Positions 34,859 to 45,272 are shown, counted from the stretch's first letter. The stretch: DNA of 64,000 nt from an uncultured virus (IMG/VR IMGVR_UViG_3300017991_000058) (IMGVR_UViG_3300017991_000058), one strand, 5' to 3'. Notes: generated by a model from the letters alone, not told the origin. Made by a program: numbers and translations.

Positions 34859-35431
34859 TCAGGGACCGGAGACCGAGGAGAGCGCGTAGGCCGTGAGCGC
34901 CACGAGCCCCGCCGAGACGACGACACCGACGGCGAACCACAAGACGGGCGACCTCCACCAGACGCGCGCACTGTCCTCCGCCTCCCTTCGGAGACGGACG
35001 GCGGTCTCGAGCGCGTCCGCGGCGGTCTGGGCCTCCTCGGCGGCGAGACCCACCGCCCGACGGAGACGCTCGACCTGCTCGTCGCGAAGCGTCAGCCGCT
35101 CCTCGAGCAGGGTCACGCGGACACGGACGTGCGGGAGCTCCTCCAAGTCCGCGAGAATGCAGCGGGCGACGGGGGCTGCGAACCACACTCCGACCTGACC
35201 GTCGACCGTCACCGTGGCCCGGCGGGTCCCCTCGAACTCGGGGGCGCACACCCGCGGAGACGGAGACGTCTCCGCCGAGCAGTCGGCCGTCCACAGGCAG
35301 ATCGCCGCGAGAACTGCCCCAGCCGCCACCAGGACCGCAGTCGCATCGACGGGGGTGTGTCGGTACCCCCTCGCCCGAAACGCCGTCTGAGCGGCCGCCA
35401 GGGCCCTCCTGTCACGTGTCACCATTGACAC
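34859..35431 (-). CDS. membrane-anchored coiled-coil protein, possible spanin component
   Basis: N-terminal hydrophobic segment with Cys, coiled coil, C-terminal TM; last gene of the lysis-like cluster. Confidence 0.5.
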   Translation of the reverse strand: MSMVTRDRRALAAAQTAFRARGYRHTPVDATAVLVAAGAVLAAICLWTADCSAETSPSPRVCAPEFEGTRRATVTVDGQVGVWFAAPVARCILADLEELPHVRVRVTLLEERLTLRDEQVERLRRAVGLAAEEAQTAADALETAVRLRREAEDSARVWWRSPVLWFAVGVVVSAGLVALTAYALSSVSGP

Positions 35432-35434
35432 ACC

Positions 35435-35788
35435 TCAGAACCCGAGCCTGGCGAACTCCGCCTCGAGCTCGTCGTCCGGGACGTCCGCCCGCCGGCGGGC
35501 GGCGGCGATCCTATCCCGGTTCTCGTCCAGCCTGACGTCGATCTCTGCAACGGCCCTCTCGTCGGCGGCGTCGGCCGTCATCAGCTCCTCGCGGCGGGCG
35601 CGGAGCTCGGCGACGTCCCGACGGGCCCGCTCGACGTCCAGAGCGTCGCGGAGCCCGGAGACCCGCCGTCTGTAGGCCCCGACCGCCAGGAACGCTCCGA
35701 CGCCGACGACGAGGGCGCCACCGACGACCCCGGCGGCGACCTTCCACCTGCGACGGAGCCAGGCCCACACGGCGCGGAGCCAGATCAC
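35435..35788 (-). CDS. TM + coiled-coil protein (i-spanin/Rz-like)
   Basis: GTG at 35788; VAAGVVGGALVVGVGAFLAVG then charged helix. Confidence 0.55.
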   Translation of the reverse strand: MIWLRAVWAWLRRRWKVAAGVVGGALVVGVGAFLAVGAYRRRVSGLRDALDVERARRDVAELRARREELMTADAADERAVAEIDVRLDENRDRIAAARRRADVPDDELEAEFARLGF

Positions 35789-36168
35789 GATCCGTCCGCG
35801 TCGCCGTTCGCGCCCGGGATGGAGATGTCGATCCCCTTCCGCTTCGCGACTCCCTTGACGATGGCGAACCCCCAGGTCGAGAGTATCCCGGCCCCGGCGT
35901 AGTAGACGGCGTGCGCCGCGACGGTCTCGGGGACGTCGGGAGAGACGGGGAGCCCCGGGACGAGCCCGAACAGCGCCCCGGCGACGACGGGGTGGACCGG
36001 GAGCGTCTTCCGCATCCACCAGAAGAACCCGGCTCTCGTCCCCTGCCCGTCGGCGCGCTTCGCCGTCCACACGGCGGACTTGAACACCTGGACGACGAAC
36101 GCCGCCGTCAGGGCGAACACCAGCAGCGGGTAGTGGTCCGAGACGAACTGGACGATCTCGTCGAACAT
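35785..36168 (-). CDS. holin-like membrane protein
   Basis: three hydrophobic segments, charged C-tail, follows the putative endolysin. Confidence 0.6.
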   Translation of the reverse strand: MFDEIVQFVSDHYPLLVFALTAAFVVQVFKSAVWTAKRADGQGTRAGFFWWMRKTLPVHPVVAGALFGLVPGLPVSPDVPETVAAHAVYYAGAGILSTWGFAIVKGVAKRKGIDISIPGANGDADGS

Positions 36169-36177
36169 GGCAGCCTC

Positions 36178-37026
36178 CTATCGGGACGGGAGGCTGCACG
36201 CCCCCCGCGCGAGCCAGTTGGACCATCGCTCGAGAACGGCCCACTGACCCCTGGTGACGAAGTTGTACGCCCAGCCGATCATCCCCCTGACGGGGACGTC
36301 GCTGTCCACGAAGTGGCTCATGTGCTCTTGGAGCTCGGCCGGCGTCTTGGCGACCGCCCGGCGGTTCTCGCCGGAGAGCGGCTTCGACGGGTCGCGGCGG
36401 ACGAACTTGTAGTTTCCGAAGCTCGGGACGACCTCGTCGAACCCGATCTCGGCGTAGTCTGCGAGCCCCTCCTTCACCCGCCGCTCCGGCACGAAGTAGA
36501 GCTGCGGACTGCCGTAGTCGCACTCGACGGTGGGCTCGCCTCTCTGGCCGGGCTCGGCGAAGGCGTCGAAGGGGAACGTTCGGTGCCCGCGGGGGAGCCC
36601 GTAGCTCGTCATTCCTAGCAGCATGCTGGGGTTGATGGCGGTCACCGCGTCTCTCGAGCGATCGAACAGCTCGGAGGCCTTGGCGTCCCGGCGCTTGAAC
36701 CCGAGCTCCGGGTCCAGCAGCCAGCCCGCGGTGACGTCGCTCAGCGTGCTCTGGGTCATCTCGGCGACGAACAGCTCGACGCGGTCGTGCCACGGGAACC
36801 CCCAGATGTGGGGCTCGACCCCGGCCCGGAGCAGCGCCGTGCTGTAGCGGCGGATGGCCGGCGGGCGGTTCATCCAACGCTCGCCGTGGTTGTCGTGCCA
36901 CGGTCCGCCTATCGCCACCCAGGAGACCCCGGCCCCGGCGAGCCTGTCTGCCAGCTGCTTCGGAGTGCCGTGTTTCGACTTCCTGATCGCTCTGATGTAG
37001 AGCCCGATTCCGATCGGTGCCGCCAT
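36178..37026 (-). CDS. putative endolysin (GH25-like TIM-barrel)
   Basis: GVSWVAI, HIWGF, WLLDPE acid pair, SPQLY; position before holin. Confidence 0.55.
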   Translation of the reverse strand: MAAPIGIGLYIRAIRKSKHGTPKQLADRLAGAGVSWVAIGGPWHDNHGERWMNRPPAIRRYSTALLRAGVEPHIWGFPWHDRVELFVAEMTQSTLSDVTAGWLLDPELGFKRRDAKASELFDRSRDAVTAINPSMLLGMTSYGLPRGHRTFPFDAFAEPGQRGEPTVECDYGSPQLYFVPERRVKEGLADYAEIGFDEVVPSFGNYKFVRRDPSKPLSGENRRAVAKTPAELQEHMSHFVDSDVPVRGMIGWAYNFVTRGQWAVLERWSNWLARGACSLPSR

Positions 37027-37062
37027 GGTTCCTTCCCCTTTCACCGGGAGGATACCACAGCG

Positions 37063-38979
37063 CTAGGGCAGGGTGTGGTCGCCGTACGTCTTGAGGCCGA
37101 AGAACAGGTCGACAGCCCCGAGCTTGTACATCCTCCCGTTCACGTAGCGGAGCATGTGGCCGTAGTCCTGCGCCGTTCCGATCCCGTTCCCTCCGCCGGC
37201 CGTGTTCCGGTCCGTGCTCGGCTTCTCCACGATCCAATTCGAGCCGCGGTCGACGGTGACGTACACGGTGTCGCCCGTCCCTACGACGACCCACATGCCG
37301 AGTCCGGAGGACACGACGACGGCCACTCCGTTCTTGTCCTCGGCGTCCGGGCTGACGTCCGTCCAGGTCGCGCCCTCGTCGTCGGAGTACAGCACCTCGT
37401 CGTCCGTCACGACGATGTAGCAGTCGGTGGCGTCGTCGTAGACGACGGAGTTGGCCTGCGCGATGCCTCCGCCCGGCGTGACGTCGGTCCAGGTCCCGGT
37501 CGGGTTCCCGTCGATCCTGAAGATCTTCCCGGCCCCGGAGTTGTCGCCGACGATCACCCAGGAGTTGCTCCCGCGGGCCACGGAGCGGAGCGCCGTCGAC
37601 GCGCTCGGCATCGTCCTGCCGTTCCACGTCGCTCCGCCGTCTGCGGACGTCGATGCCTCGCCGCCGGCCGACGTGTTCACTCCGACGGCGACGACCTCGC
37701 TCCCCTCCCCGGCGACCCCGAACAGCTCCCCGCCGGCGCCGACGAAGTTCCCGGACGGCGTGCGCTCGACCCACGACGACACGCCGGCGTTGGCAGACGT
37801 CTGGATGGCGGCCCCGTTCGCGGCGCTCTCCCGTCCGACGGCGACGCTGAGATTGGACGAGCGGTTGTAGACGGCGTCGTGGACGAGGTCCATCCCGCCG
37901 CCGGCGAAGGCCACGCAGTTGGAGTACATGCCGGTTCCGGCCAGGCCGGTCAGCGCCTTCGCCGCGGCGCCCGTGTCGGCGAACATGACGTGGGCCTCGT
38001 TGTCCTCGTCCCATACGAGAGCCTTGCAGGCGTAGGACGACCCGCCGGCCGCGTCGACCGTCTGCCCCCAGTTCATGACCTCCTGGAGGTACGTCGACAG
38101 GCGGTTGCTGATGGCGAAGCTGTAGATCGCCTCGAGATGGTCGCGGACGGAGCCGGCCGACAGATCGAGCTGGTCCGGATACGTCCCGGCGTCGATCGCG
38201 TTGTCGCCTATCTTGTCGGCGCCGCCGTCGCCGTACGTGCTCTCATCGGCCAGCTCGGCGACCAGCTTGTCGAGCTGGGCCTCGACGGTCGTCGCCGGAT
38301 TAGTCGTCCCGTCGTGCCAGGTCCCGCCGCCGCCGTACTGGAGCCCGCCGGCGTCGGCGAGAGCCTGGATCGCCTCCTCGGCGGTCCCGACGGCGATCCC
38401 CGGGGTGATCCCGGACGTCTTGAAGGCCCACTCTCGGCGCGAGTCGTCGATGTCGGCGTTCAGGATCTGCGTCATCCCGTACGTCAGGAGGACGTCCGTC
38501 AGGAGGATCTGCGTGCTCCGTAGCGCCGGCGGGGTGGCGGTCCCGGCCAGCGCCTCGGCCCCCTGGACGACGTTGATCTGGAACCCGTCGGCCAGCGAGA
38601 AGTAGACGGTCGTCCCATCGCCGTCGAGACGCGGGTCGGACTGCGTGACGACGTGCTGGGCGAACAGCGAGATGTACTTCTCGTTCCCGCTCGTCGTGAC
38701 GGCCGTCGGGTTCGAGTTCTCGTCGACAGAGCAGTCGACGTCCTGCTGGGCCGTCCACGTGACCCGCTTCCCCTCCTGCTGATAGATGCTCGCGGGCCCG
38801 GCGACGTCGACCGTCATGTTCGGGGTCCCGGCGTTCTCTGTCACCTCTCCGCCGCTCGTGACGCCGACGATCCCGTTGTCGAGGGCCCAGTTCTTCAGGG
38901 CGGCATCGACGGCGTCGAACGCCCCGTCGAGCTCCCCCTCGGTGACCTTCTGGCGGAAAAAGAAGTCGAATCGGTTCAT
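37063..38979 (-). CDS. tail fibre / baseplate-attached protein with BNR (Asp-box) beta-propeller
   Basis: N-terminal FFFRQKVTEGELD attachment region; SADGGATW, YSDDEGATW, TVDRGSNW repeats. Confidence 0.75.
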   Translation of the reverse strand: MNRFDFFFRQKVTEGELDGAFDAVDAALKNWALDNGIVGVTSGGEVTENAGTPNMTVDVAGPASIYQQEGKRVTWTAQQDVDCSVDENSNPTAVTTSGNEKYISLFAQHVVTQSDPRLDGDGTTVYFSLADGFQINVVQGAEALAGTATPPALRSTQILLTDVLLTYGMTQILNADIDDSRREWAFKTSGITPGIAVGTAEEAIQALADAGGLQYGGGGTWHDGTTNPATTVEAQLDKLVAELADESTYGDGGADKIGDNAIDAGTYPDQLDLSAGSVRDHLEAIYSFAISNRLSTYLQEVMNWGQTVDAAGGSSYACKALVWDEDNEAHVMFADTGAAAKALTGLAGTGMYSNCVAFAGGGMDLVHDAVYNRSSNLSVAVGRESAANGAAIQTSANAGVSSWVERTPSGNFVGAGGELFGVAGEGSEVVAVGVNTSAGGEASTSADGGATWNGRTMPSASTALRSVARGSNSWVIVGDNSGAGKIFRIDGNPTGTWTDVTPGGGIAQANSVVYDDATDCYIVVTDDEVLYSDDEGATWTDVSPDAEDKNGVAVVVSSGLGMWVVVGTGDTVYVTVDRGSNWIVEKPSTDRNTAGGGNGIGTAQDYGHMLRYVNGRMYKLGAVDLFFGLKTYGDHTLP

Positions 38980-38992
38980 CGTCCTGTCCTCC

Positions 38993-40756
38993 CTAGTGCA
39001 GCTGCCAGTCGCCGGACGGGCCGCCCGCCTTCCCGAGCCCGGATACGCCGAGCTCCAGGTGGTCGTACTCCACGGGCGTCGTCGGCTCGACGATCCGCAC
39101 GAGGTGCTCGTGGGCCGGCTTCATGAGCTCGGCGATCTGCGTTATCCGCGCCCGCTGCTCGTCCGTCAGCGAGACCGCGGAGTGGATCTCGAAGCTGTAG
39201 AGCAGGCGGCGATCCCCCGGCCCGAGCTCGGCCGCGTCCGCCGGCTCGGTCTCGGCGCTGGACAGCTCGTCGCCCGGGCCGCTCCCGGGGCTCTGACCGT
39301 CCAGCGTCGGGCTGTCGGAGTGGGCGAGCTCCCAGCCGAGACCGTTGTACGTCTCGATCGTGACGTCGAGCCCGAGGAAGAACCGAACGACGTCGATGAT
39401 CCCCTGGGCCGTCCCCTTCTCCTTATAGATGTCGGTCAGCACGCGGATGAGCCGCCGCTTGTCTATCTCGCTCAGGTCGAACGCGAACGGATTGCCGAGG
39501 TCGGCCAGCATCGCGTCGAGATACCGCTCGGGGGCGACGTCCGGGTCGAGGATCGTCGTCCAGTCGTCGATGAGCTTGAGCAGCAGGTCGGTGACGTCCT
39601 GGAGGCAGGCGATCCAGAGCGCCAGCTCCCCCGTGTGGTCCTCCGTCTTGTTCAGCTGAGGGATGAAGTCCCACAGCAGGAACCGCCGACCGGCGGGCCA
39701 CGGCTGAGCCAGGCTCTCGAACTCAACGGCGTTCGTCGGAGGACCGATCGCGTTCCCGTAGACGTCGACGACGTCGGTGACCGTCAGCAGGTACGCGGAG
39801 CCGAACGACAGCTCCTCGTCGACCGTGACGTCGACGGTGGACGCGTCCACCGCGGCGACGGACTCGGCGACGACGTCGACCGCGGGTGTCGTGTTCCGAG
39901 AGAACGCGTAGTTGTCCGGGTTCAGGGCGTCGGTCGCCCCGGACGCCGACGACTGAAGGACGGGCTCGGAGAACGTGACGCGGACGATCAGCTGCGTGCG
40001 GGCATCCGCAGAGACGACGCTCGGGCTCGTCTGGTCCTCGGTTCCGAAGGTGTACGTCTCGTCCAGGGAGCTGCCGGACTCGGTGACGCGGACGTCGACG
40101 TCGACGTCGGAGTCGAAGTCCGCGGTCGGATCGACGACGAGCCGCAGCGTCGCGGCGTCCGGGTTCGAGCTGGAGAGAGAGAACCCGGACTGGGCCACAC
40201 CGGCTGCGACGGCCTGGGTGCCGCCGATCCAGACGTCGACGTTGGCCAGTGCGGGAGCGGTCCCGCTCCCGTCGTGGAGCTCGATCTCGACGTCCGCGTC
40301 GAGCGGGACCTCTGTCTCTCCGTCCTCGGGGATGCGGTTGACGAGCTCTACGACGGGCGTGAAGTCTGCCCCCGTCACGGGCGTCGTCGAGAACGCCAGC
40401 TCGGCGTTGGCCGTCCCGCCCGTGACGTCGATCTCAGACGTCGACCCGTAGCTGTCGGACGTGATCCGAACCTGCCCGGACTCGGCCGCGGCGGTCGCGC
40501 CCGTCAGGCCGGCGGTCGCCCCGTTCAGGACGGCGGCGACCTCCGCGGCCGTCGCCTCCGCGATGTCGTCGAAGTCGACGGCGAGAAACGTGACCGTCTG
40601 AACCCCGGCGTTGTCGACGTCGACGGTCAGCGTCTGACCGTCGACGAGCGCGAAGGCCTCGGCCCCGCCGGACAGTATGGTCGCCCGGGACGCGTCGCCG
40701 AGGTCCTCCCGGACGAGGTCCAGCTGGACGGACGGGAGCTGAACCTGCTCGGCCAT
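38993..40756 (-). CDS. baseplate wedge protein (P2 gpI-like) with Ig-like extensions
   Basis: LDPDVAPERYLDAMLADLG, YKEKGTAQGI, KPAH. Confidence 0.8.
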   Translation of the reverse strand: MAEQVQLPSVQLDLVREDLGDASRATILSGGAEAFALVDGQTLTVDVDNAGVQTVTFLAVDFDDIAEATAAEVAAVLNGATAGLTGATAAAESGQVRITSDSYGSTSEIDVTGGTANAELAFSTTPVTGADFTPVVELVNRIPEDGETEVPLDADVEIELHDGSGTAPALANVDVWIGGTQAVAAGVAQSGFSLSSSNPDAATLRLVVDPTADFDSDVDVDVRVTESGSSLDETYTFGTEDQTSPSVVSADARTQLIVRVTFSEPVLQSSASGATDALNPDNYAFSRNTTPAVDVVAESVAAVDASTVDVTVDEELSFGSAYLLTVTDVVDVYGNAIGPPTNAVEFESLAQPWPAGRRFLLWDFIPQLNKTEDHTGELALWIACLQDVTDLLLKLIDDWTTILDPDVAPERYLDAMLADLGNPFAFDLSEIDKRRLIRVLTDIYKEKGTAQGIIDVVRFFLGLDVTIETYNGLGWELAHSDSPTLDGQSPGSGPGDELSSAETEPADAAELGPGDRRLLYSFEIHSAVSLTDEQRARITQIAELMKPAHEHLVRIVEPTTPVEYDHLELGVSGLGKAGGPSGDWQLH

Positions 40757-41157
40757 CAGGCGGTCACCAGCTCGAGCCTGAACGCCAGCGTGTTGTTAGG
40801 CCCGGCGAGCGCGGCGACCGTCGGGATCGCGATGTCGGTCAGCTCGAGAGTCCGCTGCTCGACCCTCAAGCGCCGCGTGTAGCGCGCGCTACCGTTCAGC
40901 CGCGCCGTAAACTCCCACTCGAGCGACGCAGGGAGCTCGGTCGGGAGAGAGACGTTCACCGTCACCCTGGCGAGCGCCGCCTGGGCGTCGAACTCGATGT
41001 TGGCCTGAGACACCTCGATGTGGTCCCCCGCGTCGAAGTAGCCCGTCTCGCGCCCAGCGTGACCGAGCTCGAAGACGTAGCTCCCGCCCGGGGCGTCGCT
41101 CTCGGCGATCCGCCCCTGCTCGTCTCCGATGTCTCGCTCGAACGGCGACAGGGCCAC
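40756..41157 (-). CDS. hypothetical virion protein
   Basis: GGAGG RBS, beta-rich 133 aa in the tail block. Confidence 0.65.
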   Translation of the reverse strand: MALSPFERDIGDEQGRIAESDAPGGSYVFELGHAGRETGYFDAGDHIEVSQANIEFDAQAALARVTVNVSLPTELPASLEWEFTARLNGSARYTRRLRVEQRTLELTDIAIPTVAALAGPNNTLAFRLELVTA

Positions 41158-41176
41158 GATGTACCTCCAGGGACCT

Positions 41177-41905
41177 CTAGAGTTGCCGAGCGATCTCGAG
41201 GTGGTCGAAGTAGCTGCGCCGCGTCACGTCCTCGACGCGAAACGCGAACCCTCCCCGCCCCGACGTGTAAGGGGCGCTCCCCGTGTTGACTCCGAGAGAG
41301 TCGTCGACGAACCCCTCGATGCTCGGGTACTGGGGACCCTCCATTCCCGTGATCCTCTCCCAGACCGGACTCGTCACGTCGTTCACGTCCAAGTCGTTCT
41401 GGAATACCTGCAGGATGACGTCTCCCGTCCCCTGGACGATGACGTCGAGCCGGAGATGGAGCCAGGTGTCTACCTCGAACGTCTCGGTCGAGCGCATCAG
41501 GACGTCGGTCGTCGGCGGGTTCGGCGTCGTGTCGGGCAGCCCCGTCACGATCGACCCCTTTCGCAGGACGATGTGGCCGGGCTCGTCGTCCCCGATCCCG
41601 AGCAGGTATCCGAGGTCGTTCACCGACGCCCCCTGAAGCGCACCGAACAGGAACGGCGCGAACCCCGTGTTCCCGCCCCCGGCCGCGCGCTTCAGTGCCC
41701 CGCGGATCGAGCATCCGCTGGCCATCGGGGCGAAGTTCACCTGGTTGTTGTGGAGCCCGACGGCTCCGTCGACGATCGACTTCGAGTTGAACCCGTAGAC
41801 GAAGTCGCCGCCGCCCGCCGGCTTGACGACCCCGGCCGTCACGCCGCGGGCCACGCTCGACGCGCCGAGAGAGTCGGTCAACACCGACCACTGTGCCTCG
41901 CTCAT
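41177..41905 (-). CDS. beta-sandwich (lectin-like) virion protein
   Basis: TWLHLRLDV, GRGGF, YFDHLEI typical of ConA-like folds. Confidence 0.6.
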   Translation of the reverse strand: MSEAQWSVLTDSLGASSVARGVTAGVVKPAGGGDFVYGFNSKSIVDGAVGLHNNQVNFAPMASGCSIRGALKRAAGGGNTGFAPFLFGALQGASVNDLGYLLGIGDDEPGHIVLRKGSIVTGLPDTTPNPPTTDVLMRSTETFEVDTWLHLRLDVIVQGTGDVILQVFQNDLDVNDVTSPVWERITGMEGPQYPSIEGFVDDSLGVNTGSAPYTSGRGGFAFRVEDVTRRSYFDHLEIARQL

Positions 41906-41917
41906 GGCTCTCCTCCG

Positions 41918-42811
41918 CTAGACCCCCGTCAGCTCCTCCGTCCAGAACCAACCGGGGTCGTGCTTGACGTAGTGGGTCCCGTAGCCGACGTCGCCTATGT
42001 CGATGATCGTCCCGCCGTTGACGGCGGCGAGCTGGAACGTGTCGGCCGTCTCGTTCTGGACGACGTACTCGGTCGAGGCGAACAGCCCGTCCGGGAGCCG
42101 CCCCCCCTCGTTGCGGAGGGTGACAGCCCACGGAGTCGCGAGTCCGTGCCCGACCTTCGTGATCGTGTCCGTCGCCGGGGCGACGCTCGTGACCTCGAAG
42201 TCGAATGCCTCCCCCTCGAACGTCTCGAAGTTCCCGCTCACGCCGTAGCCCGTGGCGAACCCGGCCGGGGAGAGATACACTCCCCAGCCGGCCGGATACG
42301 ACCAGACGTAGGAGTCGTTGTCCCACCCGCCCTCGAAGTCCTCGTAGTCGTACGCGTCGAAGTCGGCGAACTCTAGGTCGGACGACGTGAACGACGGGAC
42401 GATCGTCTGCCCCGCGGGCCACCCCTCCTCGAAGTCCTCGACGGGCTCCGCGCCGGACGGCTCCGCGACGTCGAACACGGCGACCTCGGTCGGAAGGGAC
42501 TGGAAGCTGAGCGGCCCCTGGTTGCCAGTCCCCCACTCCGTCTCGAAGTCCTCGACGGGACGGGGGGACGACGCGAACACGGCAGGGTCGAGATCGACGT
42601 AGTACCCGGCGTACTCCCCGACGAGCCCGACGAACCCGGCCGGCCACTCCCCCTCGAACGTCTCCTGGCCCGTCGCGACGCTGTTCGAGACGTCCAGGTC
42701 GAACTCGGCGAACTCCTCCCCGGACGACGTGACGGACGTCGTCCATCCGTCCGCGACGCCAGGGCCGGACCCGCCGGCCCGGGTCTCGAAGCTGCCGTTG
42801 ACGATCGTCAC
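41918..42811 (-). CDS. acidic virion protein with EDFE.GW repeats
   Basis: GTG at 42811; NGSFE start; repeated (E/D)xFE.(E/G)W. Confidence 0.65.
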   Translation of the reverse strand: MTIVNGSFETRAGGSGPGVADGWTTSVTSSGEEFAEFDLDVSNSVATGQETFEGEWPAGFVGLVGEYAGYYVDLDPAVFASSPRPVEDFETEWGTGNQGPLSFQSLPTEVAVFDVAEPSGAEPVEDFEEGWPAGQTIVPSFTSSDLEFADFDAYDYEDFEGGWDNDSYVWSYPAGWGVYLSPAGFATGYGVSGNFETFEGEAFDFEVTSVAPATDTITKVGHGLATPWAVTLRNEGGRLPDGLFASTEYVVQNETADTFQLAAVNGGTIIDIGDVGYGTHYVKHDPGWFWTEELTGV

Positions 42812-44322
42812 GCGAGGGTCCCTCCGGTGTCGCCGTTCAGCAGGGTGACGGTCCCGAGCGTCGGGAACTCCTGGACCTCCAGCGAGACGTCGGACCGCTC
42901 GCCGTTCAAGATGAAGTCGCCCAGGCCGTCGCCTACCTTCCTCACCCCCGTCGTGTCCCTGACGACGTTGAAGACGTCGGACCATGCCACGACAGGGTCC
43001 GGGTCCCCGTCGGAGTCCGTCGAGTTGAATCCGAAGTCGACGTTCTCGTTCGACGATCCGTCGTCGTCGTCGAGCGCGAACCAGTCGGCGAGATTCGACC
43101 TGATCGCAGCGTCGACGGTCGCGGCGACAGCTCCCTCGACCAGGTAGACGGTCGCTTGGACGTCTACGGTCAGATACTCTGGATCGGCGACGGACAGCAC
43201 GAACGTGATGGTGTTCGGGTAGGTCACCGTGACCATCGTCTCGACGGCGTCCTTCAGGGTCTGGGTCGGCAGGCCGCCGCCGTCCGGGATGATGTGGAGC
43301 ATCCCCGCGTTCTCGTCGATGGACGCCCGCTCGTTCGACGTGAGCATTAGGGCTCGAGACACGCCGGCCACTCTCAGGGCGTTGATCTCGTAGTCCTCCC
43401 TGGCGACGGTCCGGTTCAGCACCCTGAGGCTCTCCGGAGCGTCCTCACGGATCTCCTCGATCGTGTCTCTGTTCGATCCTCCGCTTGCCGCGGACGGGTT
43501 GGTCACGGTCACGACCTGGGGGTTCCCGAGGTGGTCTGTGTAGGAGCTGTCGAGCTTCCGGATCGAGCCGGCCTCGACGTTCCCGTCATCGCCACCGCCG
43601 CTCTTGTAGTCGACGGTGATCGTCCCCTGCGGGATGGCCCCGTTGATGCCGTTCCCGAACGTGACGGTGGCCCGATCGTTCTCGTCGACCGTGACGGTGT
43701 AGTGCCGATCCGTCGACGTGGACGACAGGAAGTCGTCGACTTGAGAGTACGCCCCGTCTGCGGCGGAAATCGACGCGGACGCGTCGAGGTAGGGCGTGTC
43801 CGACAGGGTGAACTCTTGGTTCGGGAGCCCTGTCGACGTGAACGTCTCCTGGGCGGTCAGACTGTGCTCGACCTGCAGGACGGCGGTCGGGGGGTCGGTC
43901 AGGGCGACGATGGTCACGTCTCCGAGGACCTGGAATACGACGGGGTCGGTTATCTCGAGCGTCCTGCAGAGGTCTCCGGCCGCGAACGTGACGTTCCCGA
44001 TGGGCGGCGCCCCGAGCGTGACGACGACCTCGGCCGTCGCGGCGGACGCCCCCCCGGGGGTGTAGCCGACGAGCTTCGCGAGCCCGAGCAGGCTCTGCCT
44101 GAGCTGGGCCGTCGTGATACGCGACTCCCTGGACTGGTTGTCTTGATAGTAGAGCACGACGTCGCCGACGTGGGCGAACAGCTCCATCATGATGTTCCCG
44201 AAGTTCGCGACGTTGAAGTCCGTCCACGCCGGGAACGCGCTCCGGACGAGATTGATCAGCCTGGCCCGCAGACTGTCGAAGTCCTTGTCCGTGTAGTCCG
44301 TGGTGCCGCCGATGAGGCTCAT
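42808..44322 (-). CDS. baseplate J / T4 gp6-like wedge
   Basis: DYTDKDFDSLR, LVGYTP, FGNGING, ASGG..DTIEEIR, RTVAREDYE. Confidence 0.88.
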   Translation of the reverse strand: MSLIGGTTDYTDKDFDSLRARLINLVRSAFPAWTDFNVANFGNIMMELFAHVGDVVLYYQDNQSRESRITTAQLRQSLLGLAKLVGYTPGGASAATAEVVVTLGAPPIGNVTFAAGDLCRTLEITDPVVFQVLGDVTIVALTDPPTAVLQVEHSLTAQETFTSTGLPNQEFTLSDTPYLDASASISAADGAYSQVDDFLSSTSTDRHYTVTVDENDRATVTFGNGINGAIPQGTITVDYKSGGGDDGNVEAGSIRKLDSSYTDHLGNPQVVTVTNPSAASGGSNRDTIEEIREDAPESLRVLNRTVAREDYEINALRVAGVSRALMLTSNERASIDENAGMLHIIPDGGGLPTQTLKDAVETMVTVTYPNTITFVLSVADPEYLTVDVQATVYLVEGAVAATVDAAIRSNLADWFALDDDDGSSNENVDFGFNSTDSDGDPDPVVAWSDVFNVVRDTTGVRKVGDGLGDFILNGERSDVSLEVQEFPTLGTVTLLNGDTGGTLA

Positions 44323-44329
44323 CGGGACG

Positions 44330-44359
44330 AGCATACCTGACCTCGGAGGGTCTCGTCGA
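44330..44359 (-). promoter_or_regulatory. putative promoter TCGACG-N18-TATGCT, 7 nt before ATG
   Basis: shares TCAGGTATGCT with the site at 58093-58103. Confidence 0.45.
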
Positions 44360-44361
44360 GG

Positions 44362-44877
44362 TCAGACCAGCGGGACGACTGCCTCGAGCCCGGGGAGGAG
44401 CGTGGTGTTCCCGGGGGAGTTGCGAGACGCGAGGTCGAACCACACTCGGATCGCCATGGCGACCTCGCCGTGGCCTGGAACGTCCTCCGAGAGCACCTCC
44501 ACGCCGGTGACGTTCGCCCTGGGCTCCCAGCGGGAGATCGCCTCGGCGACGTACACCCTGGCGATCTCCCGAGTCGTGTCGTCGTTGCTCGCGTGCCTGA
44601 GCCTGTGGAGCCAGCTCCCGAACTCGTCTCGCCACGGGATCTCGCCCTGGGAGAACTCGGACGCGGCCCGCGTCCCGAGGACCTGCCCTATGCACGCCGC
44701 GACGAGCCTCCCGCCGCCGTCAGAGGCCCAGTCGCTCTTCTTGTCGCGGACGAACGGGCGCAGGACCCCGAACCCCAGGAAGTCCCCCCCGCCGACCCTC
44801 GACGGAGCCGGACTCGTCGTCGGCGCCGTCGGCGTCGGAAGGGCGGTCGAGACGGTGAACGTCGCGTCTACGCTCAT
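44362..44877 (-). CDS. baseplate gp25/GPW-like protein
   Basis: GEIPWRDEFGS.L, AISRWEPRA. Confidence 0.82.
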   Translation of the reverse strand: MSVDATFTVSTALPTPTAPTTSPAPSRVGGGDFLGFGVLRPFVRDKKSDWASDGGGRLVAACIGQVLGTRAASEFSQGEIPWRDEFGSWLHRLRHASNDDTTREIARVYVAEAISRWEPRANVTGVEVLSEDVPGHGEVAMAIRVWFDLASRNSPGNTTLLPGLEAVVPLV

Positions 44878-45272
44878 GACTCCAAGTTCCCGTCAAGGTC
44901 GGACGCGAACACCCTTACGGTGATGCTCCCGTCCGGCCATCCTCCGGTGCGCCGGAGCTCGAACCTGTAGCCGTCCGCGATCGCAGACCTGGTCGACCCG
45001 GCGACGTACCTAGCCGTGAAGGCCGTCCCGTCGTGGACGAGCTCCGTCACCCCCGTCTCGGCGATGGCCAGAGCGAAGATCGCCCGCGCGAGCCGATCGA
45101 GGTTGTCCGTCACGTCGACGACCACGGACCCGTCGACGTCGAGCTGAGCGCCCGGTGTCGGAGACACGTACGTGACGGTGGGGGGCGTCGTGTCCGGAGC
45201 CGGGGGTGTGATCCCGCCGACCTGGACGACGTCGATCGGGACGTCCAGCGTCTGGGCGGGGTAGTCGGCCAT
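44874..45272 (-). CDS. small Ig-like protein
   Basis: DTTPPTV...VRVFASDLDGN. Confidence 0.6.
   Translation of the reverse strand: MADYPAQTLDVPIDVVQVGGITPPAPDTTPPTVTYVSPTPGAQLDVDGSVVVDVTDNLDRLARAIFALAIAETGVTELVHDGTAFTARYVAGSTRSAIADGYRFELRRTGGWPDGSITVRVFASDLDGNLES

Noticed and set aside
37063..38979. Diversity-generating retroelement target in the tail fibre
   Set aside because: No reverse transcriptase and no adenine-variant template/variable repeat pair was seen in the window.
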